From Dimorphilus gyrociliatus (taxonomy: Eukaryota; Animalia; Annelida): 64,000 bases of DNA. Under the pieces are notes generated by a model. That model had not been told where the DNA came from. It ran no database searches and saw nothing but the letters and a program-made list of their open reading frames with translations. Where the stretch lies: contig CAJFCJ010000005.1 in NCBI GenBank assembly GCA_904063045.1, positions 1,255,988 through 1,319,987 of the forward strand, given 5' to 3'. Below, piece by piece: positions 11,559 to 23,800 of this stretch. Numbering within the stretch: position 1 is the stretch's first letter; the number at the start of each line of letters is the position of its first letter. The translations under genes were made by a program, and so were the position numbers.

Positions 11559-14177
11559 ATGGCGGAAGGAGGACCTTCGAAATCTAAGCCTCTGATGAAT
11601 TTCGGTAATAAGTTTGGCAGAGCTGTTGAAAGGGTAAGTCAATTATTCTCGTGTACATGCAAATTAAGGAAAATTTCCAGGATGATTATGAGATTAATTC
11701 ATCCGTCGATCGTGTATTTTTAATTCGTTACACACCCTTTGGGTGTGCCGCGGCCCACTTTGAGCAGTTAATATTATTCATAATATTAAATATAAAGTAA
11801 ATTAAGTAATTGAGACAACTTAACTGGTTGCTGTAGATGACTAGATGATACAGCCTATTATTGAATTAGGGTAGAGTTTTAAAAGTTGATATTAAATAAG
11901 CACTATTTTCGTAACAGTTGAAAGAGAAAGTTGGAATCAGCGAAAAGACTACTGATGTTGAATTTCAGCACTATGAGGGACTCTTTAAAATTCAAGAAGT
12001 TAGTCTTTCCTTACCTAATTAATATCTTTATTCTATATTTATGCTTTATATTACATTAATTTAAGAAAAACGCCCACAAATTGGAAAAAGTTTTGAAGCA
12101 TTATTTAAATGAAACTAAGCGTAAGTATGGTTACCATAAGCTGTTTGAAATGACTTGACAAGGTCTATGATACAGGAGAGTGAACAAATTTTCTCACTTT
12201 AGTCAATTTAATTGGCAAAATGTGAAAAAACTTGTTAATTTACATATCGAAATTTAAAAAAAAACCAAACTCTTAACAACTTAAAAACTCAATGCGATTT
12301 ATTAAATCTCTAAAGGATATTATTGTGAGCCTAGTCGACGCAGTAACATATTGTATTTTTGTAAATATTTCTCAAAGAAGTCTTGTTTGTAAAGCTGTTA
12401 AACTCTTTGTTTTTTTTCTCTTTGCTATTTCTGTAAATTTAGATATATTTTTTCATTCGAATAGAATGTGGAATATAATTTAAAATGGTATTTCTTTACT
12501 TAAATAATATTAATCCTCGTTAACCTGGCTTAGTCTAATTTTAATGTTTATCCCTTAAAATCTCAAAAAATCTAAATTGAAATAAAACGTTTTTTCTAAA
12601 TTACAGAATATGAGAGAGTAACAAAAGAAGTGGCAGAAGAAATAAATAAAATATGGGAGGAAGAATGGAATGAAAAAATAATGATTGATCAGTGGACAAG
12701 ACAAGTAAGCTCAACATTTGAAAATTATTCAACACATTTGGAAAAAGACACTTACGAAAATTATCTAAGCTATACTAAAGAATTTCCGGTTTTGCAAAAA
12801 CAAATAAAAAGAAGAGAAACAAGAAGGGTAGACTATGCAAGACGAAAGAAAGAATGGGATACGCTTGATCAGAAGGCGACCTCTGTTAAGGAAGAAAAAT
12901 TGGACAAAGCGAGGCATGAATTAAAATTCGCTGAAAGAGAGTTCAATGAGTGCCATGACAATCTTTTAAAAAAGTTGCCAAAATTTCATGATGAAAGGTT
13001 TGATAGTTTTTACAAAATACTTTTGTTTTTGTTTTCAACTTTTGTTTCTTTGATTTTTAAAGGGTGGAGGTGATGTCGGAAACATTTAAATCGCTAGCGT
13101 CAAATAATATTCAGTTTTTTGAGGAAATGGCAAAATTATTTGACAATTTAGGCGACGCATCGGACAGATTGAAGTCATCAGGAACTCAGAGCAGTCACTC
13201 TTTCAAACCATTTGAACAAAAATCTTTCGAAATTGAAAAGCCTAACGGGTTTATTGAAGACAGACCTGCTAAACAAGAGAAGAAAGATGAGAAAAAGTTC
13301 AAACGACCTGGATTGGAACAGGTACTCCAGATGGAAATTCCGAAAGCAAGTTGTTATGCAGAAAAATCCCCTGATTATGAAGAAGCTCCAACGGGTTAGT
13401 AAAGGTTTTAAACATATATTTTGCTTTTCTGATCCTAAATCTTCACAGTTTTTAATCATAACAATAATGAGTAAGTCATGTCTTAAAAGTTGTTGTATAT
13501 TTTGAATTTAAGCTGTTTTCAATTGGTTTAATTTACATTTCTTTTGTTTGATATATTTGCGTTATTTCGTTGTCATTATAACTTGCAAAAAAACTTATAA
13601 CACCAATTTTATCCAGGACTTAAAAAGAGCGAAGAGAACTCTAATGTTGTGTTTGCACCGCCATCTATGAAATTAAATGTAAATATAATTATTTAGCTAT
13701 CTAGTTAAGATTATGAAAATTCTTTAAAATTTTTGCGATTTTGAAGGATGAAGTGGACATTGTGCGAAAGGATCTAGACACTGAACCTCTTGATAAAGTT
13801 ATTCCCGAATTGCCAAAGGATACTGAACAAAAGGAAAAAGAACAGGTAAAAGACAAGATAAAAGCTGAAAAAAGAGAGGAAAAAAAGGAAAATGCAAAAG
13901 AAAAGCAGAATGAACCAAAAAATCTTCTATATAAGGTTAGACATAGTTTGCACATTTACATACAGAGAATTTTCACGTATTCTATTCATTTAAGGTAAAA
14001 GTCAGTCATCAATATGAAGCTGAAGATAATGATGAATTACAGCTTAATGTTGGCGATGTAATATTCGTAGTTCCATTTGATGATCCAGATGAAGCTGATG
14101 AGGGATGGAGAATGGGTATTGTTGCAGAGACAGGAAAGAAAGGACTATTTCCGGAAAACTTCACAAAACGATGCTGA
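11559..14177 (+). CDS. Amph: Amphiphysin/BIN1 (N-BAR + SH3)
   Basis: Multi-exon. The BAR region reads LKEKVGISEKTTDVEF...IKRRETRRVDYARRKKE...AEREFNECHDNL, followed by a charged linker. The C-terminal SH3 reads HQYEAEDNDELQLNVGDVIFVV...GWRMG...KGLFPENFTKRC*. Confidence 0.92.
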
Positions 14178-14536
14178 TTATATTTTACTCACTTAAACTA
14201 TATTTTTATTTTGCATAATTCTGTCTTAAGTCTTTTAGTTGCTCAAATTTCTTAAATTAACCGTTTAGTTTACTTTCAATGTTCAATAAAACTATCGTTA
14301 ATGTCGTTTGAAATTGGCGCGTTAGAAACCTGGTATTTAAAACAGATCACGTGACTAATGTAAATTATGAAGATGGCGGTGAAGGCAGTCACTGCTTAAC
14401 AATCTGACTCTTTTCAATTTTCCAACCATAGTAGTTTGCAAACTCACAACATTTGTGAATAAATACTTTTTATTCCGTAAGTCTTGAAAATTTCTCAGAT
14501 GCTCCTACTATCCCTTACAAAAATAAACAGAAAATC

Positions 14537-16142
14537 ATGAGAGATAGTGGTAAGAAGTGGAAAAGAAGCATTACATCTGCAGACGAAAGCATGGAAAGTT
14601 TCACAGCAAAATATAGGTATTTAACATTACCTGACAGATTTTATATATTTCAGTACACTTGCAATTCAGGGCAAAATTTGACAAGGTTTTTGATGAAATG
14701 GATCGAGAGTTCGAAGCTCTCTATATGGAAAATGTTCAATGTAAGCATTATTTCAAGATTTCTTCTTTAAAATTTTATACTATCGTATCCCATAGCGAAT
14801 TGCTTAACTGCTTAATGCTTTGCATTATGTAAAGAAATTTCTAATTAAATTTGTCGTCTGCAAGATACTTTGTCTTTACTAATTTACATAAATAGTGTAT
14901 AAAAAACAAAAGAAAATATCTTAGAAGACAACACTTACTTATTTGAATTTTTTAAAAAGCTATTTACTGCTTTCAGTTAGAGAGAAACTACATGAGTACG
15001 AACATGGACCTTTCGAAAAGGTTTCGGAGGATCTTGCTGATTCCACGACAAAGACATCTGTGAAGAAAAGAAGCCAAATTTCTGAAAAGCTAAGACTTAC
15101 ATACAAAACTTCGACTTCTAAACTTGTATCAAGTTTGAAAGGAGGTGGTCCTGTGGTTGGAGCTCCACAAGCAACTGCTCCTCCAACCGCTGGATTTGTC
15201 AGAGAGTATGACGGTCACAGAGATGGAATTTGGGATGTATGCACAGTAAATAATACTTACATTGTAAGTGCTTGCGCGGATCATCTAGCACGAGTTTATA
15301 ATACTGTCAACGGAAACCGCATTGGAATATGTCGAGGTCACGAGGGATCTGTAAATTCCGTTCGATGTAATTCAAACGGAATTTGCGTAACTTCTTCTGG
15401 TGATCACTCAATAAGATTATGGAAGCTACCTAATCTGTTTGATGACGAAGATAGCGAGAAAGATTATGAATGTGAGTGTATTTTTGACAAAGTTCTGCAT
15501 TCCGATGCTGTTGTCAGTTCTGACTGGGTGGCAGATGGAAAGAGTATAGTAACTGGATCCTGGGACAGAACTGCTTGCCTTCTTAATGCCGATAGAGGAG
15601 AAATTGTTCAAACATTAACCGGACATGATGCCGAGCTAACTCAGGTATCAGCAAGTATTGATGGTCAATATCTTATTCTGACAGCAAGTGAAGATACAAC
15701 TTTTCGTCTATGGGATCTGAGAGATTCTAGTCGACTTCAAGTTCACGTTTTCGGAACTCATAATCGAAGTGTTACCAGTGCCATATGGGTCAATAGTGAC
15801 AGAGTTGTAAGCGCAAGCGATGACAGAACATGCCGAGTTTGGGACATACGTAACATGAGAAGTCCAACTACGAAAATTCAAACAGACTCTGGCATAAATA
15901 GATTGGCAGTGCATCACCAGAAAAATGTCATAGCTATACCTCATGACAATAAACAAGTTAGAATTTTTGATTTACATGGTAATCGACTTGCCAGACTTCC
16001 TCGAAGAAGTGCCCATACTCGAATGGTTTGTGCAGCTGCTTGGATTGATCAACCGCAAATAAATCTGGTGACTGCTGGATTTGATAAAAGGTTAATTGGT
16101 TGGAAGTTACCTGTATTGAGTGTTGATGAAAAATCTTCTTGA
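14537..16142 (+). CDS. WDR37: WD repeat-containing protein 37
   Basis: N-terminal coiled coil (FDEMDREFEALYMENVQ|LREKL), the motif SQISEKLRLTYKTSTSKLVSS, then WD40 repeats (YDGHRDGIWDV, GHEGSVNSV, HSDAVVSSDW, GHDAELT). Confidence 0.92.
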
Positions 16143-16420
16143 ATTTAAAGCTTAAGCTTGTTTTATGTTCAACCAACTTTCAGTATTCAAACACTTAAAT
16201 TTAGAATTTAGTCCCTGTTCTAATCATTTCCCTACACTCTTATAAATTTATTAAACTCGATTTGTTAGTCAAGTATAGCAAACTTAATAGAATGGTCGAA
16301 TATAACTTTATTTTTAACTGAATGTATTAAAATTGACTTAAGAATTGTGAAATGAATTTATGAAGTATTGAAACACAGAGTACTTTCAGACATTAAATAC
16401 ATACAGTATTGTAGAGTCAG

Positions 16421-17556
16421 TTAAAAATTTGAAAGAAGAGAAATTGTTTCCTTATACAGTTTATTAATTGCTTCTTTATTATCGCAAAACTGGGGCCATT
16501 CTTTTCTTCTGCTGTCTCCGTAATAACCACTTGAACAGTCTTCAGCGATGCAATATAAAATACTTTGGGCACCTTCTATTGGAAGCTTGGCCAAAAGTAG
16601 CAAAAGGGGTAGGATAATGATTTCTACCCAACTAAACCAATTAGGTAGGATATTACGACCTAGTTTTGTAACAACTAGACCAGGATGAACAGCCATGAAT
16701 TCAACATCTTTATCTTTATATTCTTCAATGATTTTGTTAGTGAAAGCGGTCAGAGCTAACTTGCTATTGCGATATCTTACTTTCTTCTCCATCTGTAGAC
16801 CTTTCAAGTCGTCGAAGAAAAAGGAGCCATACTTCGCCAAACTAGATGTAACATTAACTACCTTTTTCAAGCCGATTTCTCTTTTCAAAAGTAGATTTGT
16901 TAGAAAAACCGGACCAAAATAATTAACCACTAGCTCGTGTTGAAATCCCTCGCTTGTTTGGTTAATTGGTGAGTTGAAAACACCAGCGTTGTTAATAAGC
17001 ATATCAATTCTCTCGTTGAGGCCAGGTAGAAAAAAAGAAAATTATTAAACTTATGAACTATATTACCAACGACTTTTTAAATTGAATTAATATTGGTATA
17101 ATGCATAATTTAGAGATATAACTATTTTTAAAAAAGACTTTACTAAGATTTTTAGTACTATTATTATTTTTTAAGCGATTTCTGAAAAGAAAAATTCCTT
17201 TTCGTAATACCTTCGACAACTGTCCTTATTGAAGCTAAAGAGGATATGTCGACCTGATAACTTTCTAACTTTGCATGCGGATACTTCTTCATTATGATTT
17301 TTTGTAGTTCCTCGGTTTGTGTTGAGTTCCGATTTAGCATTATTACTTTTCCGCCAAATTTCACCAACTGAATTGCGACCATTTTCCCTATACCCGACGT
17401 ACAGCCTGTAATAGCTATTGTCTTATCAGAAAGGTCAATTTTCCTTGAAGGTGCTCTTTGCCATTTCATGTTTTTATAATAAATGAATATTCTACGTCCA
17501 ATAAGGAAAGATGTGTAGCCAGCAATGATGAGAAGTTTCCAATTTTTCTTCCACAT
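16421..17556 (-). CDS. Short-chain dehydrogenase/reductase, retinol dehydrogenase (RDH11-14)-like
   Basis: N-terminal TM anchor, TGCTSGIG Rossmann motif, LINNAG, catalytic YRNSK, VHPGLVVT. Two ORF blocks (17556-~17211 and ~17011-16421); the junction is not cleanly resolvable (see findings). Confidence 0.85.
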
Positions 17557-18125
17557 AGTGAGCGATATATCGATGATAAAGTGTTTGAATCGCTAAGGCC
17601 ATCTATCGATTAGATGTATTTAAGTTTTTTTTTAAAACTTATCTAAAACATGTGTATATATAGGCCCAACATCTTCATTTAATAAAAGAAATAAGTAGTT
17701 ATAAACTCACTAATTTATGACTTTTTATATATATATTAATTTTTTAATAAATAATGCAATGCAATGAGCTAAAATCCATTTGAAAGGATTAAAAAGTTTT
17801 TAAAACTGTGTTTAAAATTTATGATTCGATTCGTAATGCTTAAGTTTTTCTTGTAAAAACGATAATTGCTGACGAGTTCATAAATTACGACACCACTATA
17901 ACAATAATTTAATATCTCTTTTTTACAAAGTTGATTATGAAATTTGTTGTAGATAATTGAATGGAATATTTACTTCTATTTGTAAACAAACCTTATTAAA
18001 TAATTAATATCGCTTAGAGGAATAGATTCACGTGCATGTCCTATATACTTTATTTTGTCCGCGAGAATAATCTTTAGAGCAGTGCTACGCTCCTTCAGTT
18101 TTATTGGCGGTAGAACAGCATCAAC

Positions 18126-19751
18126 ATGAGAATCTTTTTATGTTTTGTAGTTTCAACTGCCATACTTATTCCAGGTTTGTTTTATCTAATAGGCATCTGT
18201 AATTAATATTTTTTGTCTATTGAGAACTCATTATTATCTTTAGCATAAATAAAAGTAAGTTAATTTAGAATTATAATGCTCATGCTTTGTAAATCTCGTG
18301 CATTTGGCTGGTGTTATAGTTTATCCGGCAAACTATCTAGCTTCGCAAAAGATAAGAAATGAATTATTTTTTCCCAGTTGAACAGCGGTGAAAAGTGCTT
18401 TTGTATTGTTGATTTTTCCGACATACGAATCTTTTCAAACAAATTTAGAGAAAAGTTTATCTTTTATATTTAGAAATTTAGATAATAATCTCAAATAAAA
18501 TGTGCCAATTGTGCTTTTTAAGTTCAATTTTAGTTTTCTTGTTCTTTTATGGGGATAAACATTTTCACTTTCATTGTCAATTACATTTACTTTATTATAA
18601 GTAGAAATTATAGTAATAATAAACAACTTTTAATATATAATACTTAACCTTTCAGCTAAAGGCACATTGCCTTTTACAAACCTAAATCTATCAAATGTCC
18701 TCCAAATATTTCTTTTAGGTAAACTTTTACCGATGATAGTCTTTAATTTTTTATACGTAAGCCTCATTGGTTGGTTAGAATTTCTCACTAAAGATGATTA
18801 ATAAAATTCGTTAGTAATATTACAAGCTCATATGTATCATTTTTTCACACGAAATTTTGCATATCTTACGAAATTAAATCGGAAGTCGTCTCCCCCACAA
18901 TTCTAGATTCATTGATTGAAAATATTCTATATTTGTTACAGGAACGAATGCCGAAAGTTTTGGAACAAACTTCTTGAGGTATTAACAAATTATAGAGATT
19001 TTTTTAAATAAAAAGATAAATCGCAGGCTCACTGCATTATTATCAAGATTGCTATCAAAAGGTATAATGGCGATAGCCTCAATTGAGGAATTCTCTCACA
19101 GAACAGTCTTTTTTAATAATAATATTGTATTGACACCAAATGTATAGCTTTTTGTATGGCGCTACTGAAATTATCAGTATCGCTCTTGGTATTATTATTT
19201 TATCAGTCTAATGGATATGTCTCAAAATTTACTTCCTGTGAAAGCTACTGCGTTTTCAATTTTGAGATACATTGTAATCTTATATAAAAATATATTGTAT
19301 ATCATCTAACAATTATTACAAAAAAATTAACTCTCTTTGCACGTTAAACTTACGCTGATTATGTCCATTCGATTTCTTCTACAGTAAACCATTTAGGTTA
19401 TGCTTGGAGAGACACTGTAAAGATATAAAACAGATCCTCGGAGAATTAGGACGTCCCTCTTGCCGACTCTCACATTGCAACAGTAATGAAGATAATTGTC
19501 TGTTAAATGGTTGTGGAGAAGAAGTGCGCTTTAATCATTTGGTTGCTTTTGATTGTGGTTTTCGACATTGTAGCAAAGTTGAACCCGAGAATATGAAACA
19601 ATGCGTTATTCAAAATTGTTTTGAAAAGTTTAGACAGAAAAGAAGGTTGAATGACGCTACAGCTCAGTGCATGCAGAGTTATTGTGGAAGTGCTAAAGGA
19701 ATGCATAATAGACTAAGGTGCATTCACCGTTGGTGTCATAGACAAAAGTGA
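18126..19751 (+). CDS. Unknown secreted cysteine-rich protein with seven C-x4-C modules
   Basis: Exon 18126-18174 encodes a signal peptide (MRIFLCFVVSTAILIP, donor gtttgt). Exon 18942-18978 and exon 19385-19751 join in frame (phases 1 and 2). All 14 Cys of the mature region sit in CxxxxC units; RQKRR site present. Confidence 0.75.
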
Positions 19752-20853
19752 TTCTTAAAATTATTCTTCAATAAAAATTTTTCGATGACTTGTTCACAAA
19801 CCAGAAAGGCGTTTCCCTAGAAATATACATTGTATTCTTAAATATGTATAATTAAATTCATTTATATTTTCTTGGCTTATTTTTAAGTCAACCTTGGATT
19901 ATCTTTTTTTATTTTAGTCCAATATGATACTTTCCAATGTAGCATGAAGACTATCAGAGGAAATTGGCAAAATAGATTTTGGGGACAATAGAGGTCACTA
20001 CTCTCTTTTTGAAAAAAGCTTCGGTGACGGCAATGTTACTTTAACATTACAACTGTAATTGTATTTCTTCATGAAATAATTTTTGATGATAATCGTTAAG
20101 TATCAAAGTAGATTTAGCTATATCATCTTTCATACTTAATTTCACATCCTCTTTAGTAGTGTTTTTATGAAAGCAAACTTGTACTGTTCATACTAGAGAT
20201 AACAATGAGTTTATTCCAGTGGTACTGTAAATGAATCATTTAGTTTGATGATTCATTCGATTACTGATGTTTGCGTTAATATGATGCTATTAAAGTTTGA
20301 CCCAGAGTTCTCATTTAACAGTGATTAACTAGTAGGGTAGAGCTTTACGAAAACATCTAAAAGTTTACTAAATCCATCAACTCAAAATTATTTGAGATTG
20401 TCGCCACTTTGTGTCCGATTTACAGCTCACATTTTTTCATGCTTGTTGAAAGTATTGTTTTCTTGCATAAAATATTACTATAATGACAATCAGGAGTTCT
20501 GTTCCCTTTGTTATGACCTTTTTAAAACTTTTCATTTCCAAACATGATCAGTTATAGTTATCGCAGATGTAATTAAACTAAAGTATAATGTAGAACTATT
20601 GGGTGACCAAAGAAACTTAAAATTTCTATTTTTAACATTTATTGCCATTTTTGCTATTTTATGATATTGTGACTCATTGGGATTATTAGTATAAGATAAA
20701 AAAAAGTTCATGGAAACAAAACGTCGCTAGGTGTCGCAAATTTATCATTTTCAAACCTTTTGTTCCTCTTTAAAAAGGATTATTGCCAGTTTCACATTTA
20801 AGTTTGAACGTTTCACAGCTAGTTTTGGTTAGAGTAAAAATACCAATCACAGG

Positions 20854-23800
20854 ATGCAAAGCGTAGGAAGGCAATTCTTATTACTTATTTGGAAAAATTG
20901 GCTTATTCAAAAGCGAAAAATATTTCTAACTGCCTTTGAAATTTTCTTACCAGTAATATTCGCTATAATATTCTTTGGAGTGAGACAACTTGTTGATTCC
21001 AAAACAGTTGATAAGCATGTTATTGATGAATGGCAACCTTTTTCGGTTGAACGTTTCTACAGACCTGATCTGGACAATATTGTTTTGCTATATTCGCCAA
21101 AAAATACAGAAACAAATTCAATTATAAACAATGTAAAGGAAAAGCTAAACTTAAAAAATGAAGGTAGGTCTTTTTTTCTTTTCGAGACCTTCACAAAACA
21201 GAAAACTTTCAAATATTTCAGGGCGGGGATTTGAGAAGGAGAGTGACCTCGAAAGCTATGTTGAGAACTTATCAGAATACGATTATAAATATTCTTGTGC
21301 TATAGTCTTCACTAATATGAACTCTTCTCAGCTGCCTACCAATATAAAGTACAAACTTAGAATGCCAATTGATCCGGAAGAGAAACTTGGACCAAAAGAC
21401 TGGTTTACAAAATACATTGTGCCTAGATTTCAAAGTCCCAGACCGGTCGAAAAAGAAAAAGAACGAGGGGGGCCACCAGGTTGATTGCTTTAAATATGTG
21501 TTAGTTAAAATTAACAGACAATTTATTAATAGAATATGCTGATCGTGGTTATTTGTCAATTCAATACGCTGTGGATATGGCCATAATAAAGCAACTGGCT
21601 TCCAACACCGAAAAAGTCGATGTCAAACTGAGACGGATTCTCCACCCACCCTATGTTGATGATGGTTTTCTTGTAGTTCTGCAACTTCAACTTCCCTTCT
21701 TTATATTGTTGTCGTACATCATTACGGTTCCTTCCATTGTGAAAGATATAGTCTTAGAAAAAGAATTACGTCTTAAGGTAAATCGAATAAATCGAACCCG
21801 ATAGTTTTTATTCTTATTATACAATTGAATTACCAGGAATCCATGAAAATGATGGGACTAAAAAATTGGTTGCATTGGAGTGCATGGATTACAAAATACT
21901 TCTTGTTTATGTTTATATCGGTCCTCTTCTATACGCTATTTTTTAGTATTAGCACTAGTAAAGGTGCAGTTTTAAACCAATCTCACCCAACTTGCACCCT
22001 TGTGTTTCTTATCCTCTATACATCATGTACAATATCTTATAGCTGTATGATCTCAACCTTCTTCACAAAGGCCAACTCAGGAGCTGCAGCTGGAGGAATA
22101 ATTTTCTTTGCTACCTACATTCCTTACTTTTTCTTGTCATCTGAATACCAAACACTCAACAAAGGCATAAAGTTTGCCTCATCTTTGTTTCATAACCTGG
22201 CTATGGGATACGGATGTACTTTATTTTCTATATATGAAGGAACAGGAGAGGGGGTACAATGGAGTAATTTAGCTAGTTATGCTACTAATGATGAAAATTT
22301 TAGGATGTTAGACGTTTTCATCATGCTTATAGTAGACACATTTTTATATGGAATTATAACTTGGTATGTTGATAACATAAATCCGGGAGAGTTTGGAATA
22401 CCAAAGCCTTGGTATTTTTTTTGTACCAAATGGTATTGGTGTGGAGGCTCTCAAAATATTTCAAAGGCAGAAGATTCAATTCCAGAAATATCCAATATGG
22501 AAATGTTTGAAAAGGTTGAAAATTCGAGTAATCCGGGGATTAAAATAAAAAACTTAAGAAAAGAATTTAAATCAGGTGGTAAGAAAAAAGTTGCTGTAAA
22601 AGGAACAATCATTGATATGTATGAAGGTCAAATAACTGCTTTATTGGGTCATAATGGGGCTGGAAAAACCACGACAATGAATATGTTAACTGGTTTCATC
22701 CCTCCCACTTCAGGGAGTGCAGTAATTAACGGTTTTGACATCAGAACAGATATAGATCGAGTGAGAGAAAGTCTTGGTCTCTGTCCTCAACATGACATAT
22801 TATTTGACAATTTAACTGTAGAAGAGCATTTGATATTTTTTGCATCTCTGAAAGGCTGTCCTAAAAATGAAATTGATAGTGAAGTTTCAAAAATGATTGA
22901 TTTGCTGAGACTTGAAGATAAAACTAGGGAATTGGCCTCTACTCTCTCTGGAGGTCAGAAACGAAAGTTAAGCGTAGGAATAGCTTTAATTAATAATTCG
23001 AAGATTGTGATCTTGGATGAGCCAACTTCTGGAATGGATCCAGAGGCTCGAAGACAAACCTGGGATATCCTTCAATCGCAAAGAGCTGGAAGAACTATGA
23101 TTCTGTCCACCCATTTTATGGACGAAGCTGATCTCTTAGGGGACAGAATCGCCATAATGGCAGATGGAATAATTCAATGCTGCGGATCAAGCTTATTTCT
23201 TAAGTCAAAGTATGGAGTCGGATATCATATGACCATTGTAAAAACACCAGAGTGTGACGTGACAGGCTTGACTAAAGTTATTAAAAATTTTGTGGAGGAA
23301 GCAAAGATTGAGTCTAATATAAGTGCTGAACTATCATTTATTTTACCACAAAAATCTACCAATAAATTTGAGGCGATGTTTAAAACTCTAGAAGAAAATA
23401 AAGAATCACTTGGCATAAATTCTTTTGGAGCTAGCGTGACCACTATGGAAGAAGTCTTTCTCAAGTCAGTTTTTAAATAATTTGCTTATTCTTTTTTTAA
23501 AATATTTATCTTGTGTATTACAAACTAGTACTTTTTTGTTTTCAGAGTGGGAGAGTCATTGGATGCTGATTTAGCCTCACGACTGCAAGGGACAAATGCA
23601 AATAGTTTGAACAATCAAAATGAAACCACTTTAAGTAATAGAAAAGTTTTTGTTACTCCTATATAATTGAACGAATTTTCTTTTTTTTTTCATTTTAGGA
23701 AACTCATCGATTACATTGAAAAGAACCTTGAGATCTAAAACTTCAGGAGCAACTTTATGGTTTCAACAGTTTCTGGCAATTTTTATCAAAAAAGCAATTT

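Noticed and set aside
14177-14537. Operon-like co-directional spacing (Amph-WDR37; also ATXN3-GLIPR2)
   Set aside because: The gap contains its own promoter-like motifs (CACGTGAC, AAGATGGCGG), and no trans-splice evidence can be read from DNA alone.
17230-17255. ATATCCT U12-like donor in the RDH gene paired with a downstream AC
   Set aside because: It lies inside the conserved DISSLASIR coding motif, and AT-AC splicing there gives the wrong frame.
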